This document shows, in pieces, positions 22,337 through 26,060 of a stretch of 26,060 bases of DNA. Made by a program: the position numbers and the translations under genes. Positions within the stretch are counted from its first letter, which is position 1, and every line of letters starts with the position of its first letter. The notes under the pieces are model-generated. The model was given only the letters and a program-made list of their open reading frames with translations. It was not told the DNA's origin and ran no database searches. This stretch comes from Candidatus Brocadiia bacterium. Its GTDB lineage: Bacteria > Planctomycetota > Brocadiia > CAIUPP01. Location: NCBI GenBank assembly GCA_050015075.1, contig JBEKCB010000043.1, forward strand, positions 1 to 26,060, read 5' to 3'.

Positions 22337-24532
22337 TCAAGGCCGACTTGCGTTGCCGGAAGTATCCACGGCAAGGATCCGGTAAAAGTATTCTTTGCCC
22401 ACCTCGCCTTTGGAGTCCGTGAACGTCGTGGCGACGGTGGAACCGATCTGCGTCCTCGCGTCGGGGACGAACTCCGCCTGGTCCGAGCGGTAGATGCGGT
22501 AGTAGCAGAAATCCGGCGCGTCGCTCGCCTGCCAGGTCAGCCGGCGCGTGCCGTCGGCCGCCGGCTCGACTTTCAGGCCGCGGACCGGGGCGGGCGCGTT
22601 GTCCTGATAAGCCGTGGTGTAGACCGTGAGCGTCATCGGGCCGACCGTATCGGTCAAGCGGCCATCCTTCATGTCTACCGTTCGGGCCGGGGCCTGAAGG
22701 TCGCCGAAGGGATTCGTCGGAATGTTCGCGGGATCGTAAACGTACTTGCGGAAAGAGGCGGAGAACGGCGTCCCGTCCATCGTCACCGACAGCGGCGCCG
22801 CGCGGCTGTTGCGGTTGACCACGGCCAGCGACCACGTCCCGGCGCCCTGGTGCTGGATCGCCGCCGCCCGCAGTCGCGGATCGTTCACCGTGATGCCGTA
22901 GACCGTCGCCGGCCCGCGGAAAAATTTCGTCAGCAGGCCGTACGCGTAATAATGGTCCCGCGTGGAGTTGTCGCCGCCGCTCCACTTGAACACGCCCCAT
23001 TTGTTGGCATAGACGTTGCCGGGCGGCACTCCGCCGCTCGGGCCGAAGCTGTCGGGAAAGTCGGCGAAAGTCCAGTAACCCATCGCGTAGATGCCGCCGT
23101 TGATCGCGGCGATGGCCGCCTCGGCGAGCTGGATCCCGACCAGCGGCTCCTGCGGCGTGCCGAACCAGGCGCAACTGTCCATCTCCTTGCCACCGACGCG
23201 CGTCCCCGGCGGGACCTGCTTGCAGCCGAACTCGCCGAGGATGAAATCCTTCCCGCGGCTGCGCGCCATCCCCGCGCCCCATTGCATCTTCGACAGGAAC
23301 CACGGGTAGAACCGTTCGTCGTCGGGGGCGTAATCCGCGATGTACTCGTGCCCGCCGTAGACGCCGGTGATCTCGTCCATGTTCTTCGTCGCCCAGTCAA
23401 TCGTGTCCCAGGCGCTGATCGGCGAGGCGTCGGTCGCCAGCAGGCGAATGTCCAGCTTGCGGGCCTTCAGCTCATCGAATATCGCCTGGTGATAAGTCTT
23501 GAACCGCGGCAAGTCGCCCGTGAGCGCCGCATACGGCCCGGCGCCCAGGCAAAGCTCGTTGGTCATGCAGTAGTCCTTGATGCCGGTCAGCCCCTTGGCG
23601 CGGACGAGGTACTCCAGGCTGTCGGCGACCTTGCGGGCGTAGGCGGCGAGGTCGGCGGCCGTCCGGCAGTCCTGCGGGTTCCAGGTGGTCACGTAAATCT
23701 CCGTGCCGGTCTCCTGCAGCCGGCCCAGGCGCGCCGCCACCTTGTCGAGCATCTGCCGGTCCCAGTTCCAGTCGTGGTACACGCGGGCGAAGGAGGGATT
23801 CAGCTCGCGCCAGCGCTTGACGATCACTTCGTCCAGGAGTTCCCGGCTCGCATCGTGCACGTGGTCGAAGACATCGAACCCCACGCCGCCGAATTTCGCC
23901 TGCACGACCTGGCCGGTGTGGACGACCACCTCGCGCTGCGCATCTCCGAGCTCCGGCCAGGCGGCGGGTTTCTCCGCCAGCGCGACCTGAGCATCGTCGA
24001 ACCATGCCGTGCCGTGCGAATTGAGGACCAGCAGAAGCCGGGCCGAGGCCGCGTTTGCCGGCACCACCGCCTCGGCCGTCAGGCGATCCCAGCCGTCCTT
24101 CCCGTTCCGGCGCGAGACTTTGCTGTGGGCGATGTCCACGCGCTGCCCGCCGGCGCCGAGGAACTCCAGCGCCATGTAGGCGCCGTCCCCGTCCTCCACG
24201 CCGCGCGTCCGGACCCAGACCGTCGCCATCACGCGGTCGCGAGGCGCCAGGCCCTTGACCTCGTGATACAACTGCTGGTAATGGGGCGCAACGCCCGGCG
24301 CGATCGTGATCCGGGCCGACCGCGCGCCGCCGTGGCTCTGCTCCTTGTCGGCGGCGAACTCGGCCGGCCCGACGCGAGTCCATCCGTCCAGCCCCTCTTC
24401 GAACCCGCCGCTCAGCAGGACCGTCCCGGACCCGTTCGCGCCGGCGGACTCAGCCGGCCCGGCGGCGAAAGCGGCCGCGGCCAGAAGCGCCGTAATGGCG
24501 TACAAAACCGTCACCCGCGTCAAACTCGCCAT
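22337..24532 (-). CDS. Secreted multidomain glycoside hydrolase-like protein (CBM4/9-like, clan GH-A-type barrel, beta-sandwich, FN3)
   Basis: Signal peptide from ATG 24532 (GGAG RBS). GGFEEGLDGW...WFDDAQV is CBM-like, MTNE and ILGEFG are candidate catalytic glutamates, and the FN3 domain reads PAPVRGL..LTW..YRIYRS..YFYRILAVD. Confidence 0.8.
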   Translation of the reverse strand: MASLTRVTVLYAITALLAAAAFAAGPAESAGANGSGTVLLSGGFEEGLDGWTRVGPAEFAADKEQSHGGARSARITIAPGVAPHYQQLYHEVKGLAPRDRVMATVWVRTRGVEDGDGAYMALEFLGAGGQRVDIAHSKVSRRNGKDGWDRLTAEAVVPANAASARLLLVLNSHGTAWFDDAQVALAEKPAAWPELGDAQREVVVHTGQVVQAKFGGVGFDVFDHVHDASRELLDEVIVKRWRELNPSFARVYHDWNWDRQMLDKVAARLGRLQETGTEIYVTTWNPQDCRTAADLAAYARKVADSLEYLVRAKGLTGIKDYCMTNELCLGAGPYAALTGDLPRFKTYHQAIFDELKARKLDIRLLATDASPISAWDTIDWATKNMDEITGVYGGHEYIADYAPDDERFYPWFLSKMQWGAGMARSRGKDFILGEFGCKQVPPGTRVGGKEMDSCAWFGTPQEPLVGIQLAEAAIAAINGGIYAMGYWTFADFPDSFGPSGGVPPGNVYANKWGVFKWSGGDNSTRDHYYAYGLLTKFFRGPATVYGITVNDPRLRAAAIQHQGAGTWSLAVVNRNSRAAPLSVTMDGTPFSASFRKYVYDPANIPTNPFGDLQAPARTVDMKDGRLTDTVGPMTLTVYTTAYQDNAPAPVRGLKVEPAADGTRRLTWQASDAPDFCYYRIYRSDQAEFVPDARTQIGSTVATTFTDSKGEVGKEYFYRILAVDTSGNASRP

Positions 24533-24609
24533 AAGGCAATCGCTCCATGAAGCCGCCGTTCGGAATCTCAGATGCCGAATCCCACTCGGGCGCAACCATC
24601 AACTCCCGG

Positions 24610-24638
24610 ATTTTGCCCCTCAGAATTCCCCATGTCAA
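24610..24638 (-). promoter_or_regulatory. Putative sigma-70 promoter for the hydrolase gene
   Basis: TTGACA-N17-CAAAAT. Confidence 0.45.
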
Positions 24639-24684
24639 GCCGAAGTCGGGCGGCAAAAGAAAATCGGCATTCCTCGTCAAGGCC

Positions 24685-24737
24685 CAGTCCAATCCAGCTC
24701 GCCGAAAAGCGCGCGCGCGAACCGCTCCGCAGCGCAC
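24685..24737 (+). repeat. Left copy of a 53-bp imperfect direct repeat bracketing the tandem array
   Basis: cagtccaatccagctcgccgaaaa...aaccgct..g.agcgcac; 45/53 identical to 25291-25343 by manual ungapped alignment. Confidence 0.8.
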
Positions 24738-24777
24738 TCCGCCCGTTTGAAGATGAACGGGTCACCCATGTCGCCGG

Positions 24778-25148
24778 CTAGTTACGTTACGTACCTAACC
24801 GGATACTCCCGGCGGTCGGCCGCCATCTCACAGGCGCCCTGGCCACTAGTTACGTTACGTACCTAGTCGGATACTCCCGGCGGTCGGCCGCCATCTCACA
24901 GGCGCCCTGGCCACTAGTTACGTTACGTACCTAGTCGGATACTCCCGGCATTCGGCCGCCATCTCACGGGCGCCCTGGCCACTAGTTACGTTACGTACCT
25001 AGCCGGATACTCCCGGCGGTCGGCCGCCATCTCACAGGCGCCCTGGCCACTAGTTACGTTACGTACCTAGTCGGATACTCCCGGCATTCGGCCGCCATCT
25101 TACGGGCGCCCCGGCCACTAGTTACGTTACGTAACTAGCGGATACTCC
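24778..25148. repeat. Tandem array of five full 68-bp units and one partial unit, each opening with a 21-bp palindrome
   Basis: Units start at 24778, 24846, 24914, 24982, 25050 and 25118. Consensus: ctagttacgttacgtacctagtcggatactcccggcggtcggccgccatctcacaggcgccctggcca. Confidence 0.97.
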
Positions 25149-25290
25149 TGACGCGCAGGGGGAATGTCGCGCACGGCCGGGCGCGCTTTGGGAGCCCAGG
25201 CCGGGGATTCCGGCGGTGAGGCGTCGGCTCTGGAAGGTGATCCGGCGGGCTTCGACTTTCTTGCGCCGGCGGCGGCACTTTCCGCAGAGG

Positions 25291-25397
25291 CAGTCAAATC
25301 CAGCTCGCCGAAAAAAGCGCACGGAAACCGCTGCGAAGCGCACGGAAGCGCACTCAAGCCGCTCCCAAGCGCACCGAAACCGCTGGCAAGCGCACTC
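25291..25397 (+). repeat. Right copy of the direct repeat (25291-25343), continuing into eight phased 10/11-bp units (25315-25397)
   Basis: aagcgcacgg-aaaccgctgcg-aagcgcacgg-aagcgcactc-aagccgctccc-aagcgcaccg-aaaccgctggc-aagcgcactc. Confidence 0.85.
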
Positions 25398-25464
25398 ACG
25401 TTCCCCGCCCGCTCCACGCCGCAAATACGGGCTTATAATGTTAACGGCAACGAAGAAAGATTTT

Positions 25465-25546
25465 AACCGCCGATGGACGCAAATGAACGCAGATAAGGAC
25501 CGTTTGCAAGTTTCTTATCGGCGTTCATCTGCGTTCATCGGCGGTT
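25465..25546. repeat. 33-bp-arm inverted repeat (long hairpin) built from GATGAACGC-like 10-mers
   Basis: aaccgccgatggacgcaaatgaacgcagataag, a 16-nt loop, then cttatcggcgttcatctgcgttcatcggcggtt; 30/33 complementary, followed shortly by a T run. Confidence 0.9.
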
Positions 25547-25572
25547 CCAAACGTTTTTTGGAGGCGAGGGCT

Positions 25573-26060
25573 ATGGGCACGAGAAAGCAGGCGGCGGCGA
25601 GTCGGGAGAATGGGTTGAAGGGCGGAGTGAAGACCGATCGGGGCAAGGCGATTTCGCGCTTGAACGCGCGCAAGCATGGGATTTTCGTCTCCGCGCTGAC
25701 GGAGCAGGACGCGGAGGAGGTCTATGTCATCGAGGACGAACTGATCGCCTCGCTGCGGCCGGTGGGCCGGGTGGAGGAGATGCTGGTCGAGAAGCTCGCG
25801 CTGACCTACCTGCGCATGCAGCGGTGCGCGCGGACCGAGGCGGAATTGCACGCGCGCACCTGGGCGGAGCCCCGCGAGGAACTGGAGCGGCATCGTTGGG
25901 AGCAGTTGGAGATGGAACGTCTTTACGGAGGCAGGGGCGTAGCGTTCCGGGAGGACGTGTTCGAGCGCATGGTCAGCCTCATTGAGTTGTACGACGCGCG
26001 CCTGACGAACCAGTTCCTGAAACTCCTGCACGAGATCGAGCGCATGCAGCGGCGTCGCGA
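25573..26060 (+). CDS. Hypothetical protein with an N-terminal 'NxxK(ST)G(P/V)xTxxGKxxSxxNAxKHG' motif; runs off the right edge
   Basis: Not in the ORF track because it has no stop in the window. Manual translation: MGTRKQAAASRENGLKGGVKTDRGKAISRLNARKHGIFVSALTEQD...LRPVGRVEEMLVEKLALTYLRMQRC...LYDARLTNQFLKLLHEIERMQ. GGAGG/GAGG RBS upstream. Confidence 0.85.
   Translation, partial: MGTRKQAAASRENGLKGGVKTDRGKAISRLNARKHGIFVSALTEQDAEEVYVIEDELIASLRPVGRVEEMLVEKLALTYLRMQRCARTEAELHARTWAEPREELERHRWEQLEMERLYGGRGVAFREDVFERMVSLIELYDARLTNQFLKLLHEIERMQRRR

Noticed and set aside
20862-24550. Plus-strand ORFs 20862..22019 and 22850..24550
   Set aside because: They are antisense to the aminotransferase, methyltransferase and hydrolase genes.
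24778-25148. CRISPR array (68-bp period, palindromic repeat)
   Set aside because: The would-be spacers are near-identical to one another and there are no cas genes in the window. It is a tandem repeat, not a repeat-spacer array.
24306-25466. Small ORFs across the repeat region (e.g. 24306..24866, 25122..25424, 25127..25417, 25164..25466)
   Set aside because: They are low-complexity translations of repeats with no protein-family signal or convincing RBS.
25525-26031. Minus-strand 168-aa ORF
   Set aside because: The opposite strand has an RBS-led open frame with a recognisable conserved motif, so this is its shadow.

Overview
GC-rich bacterial chromosomal window; gene content and repeat style suggest a Planctomycetota/PVC-like organism (inference only). 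From left to right: (1) a minus-strand sugar/sugar-acid catabolic set (two xylose-isomerase-like TIM barrels, a Gfo/Idh/MocA oxidoreductase and an enolase-superfamily enzyme). (2) A minus-strand three-gene unit: a sigma-54 activator with a pseudo-receiver domain, a lipoprotein that also has a C-terminal TM helix, and an orphan PstS-like lipoprotein with altered phosphate-binding motifs. (3) Divergent from that unit, a ~12 kb plus-strand operon behind a sigma-54 -24/-12 promoter: B12 radical SAM, USP, pgm, HAD, ackA, phosphoketolase, class I aldolase and an unusual PGI-lactonase fusion. (4) Minus-strand DegT aminotransferase, methyltransferase and a secreted clan GH-A-like hydrolase. (5) A highly structured ~1 kb non-coding region holding 5.5 tandem 68-bp palindrome-bearing units bracketed by a 53-bp direct repeat, a helically phased 10/11-bp repeat tract and a 33-bp inverted repeat, upstream of an 'NAxKHG'-motif hypothetical gene that runs off the window. 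No rRNA, tRNA, transposase or CRISPR array was seen.
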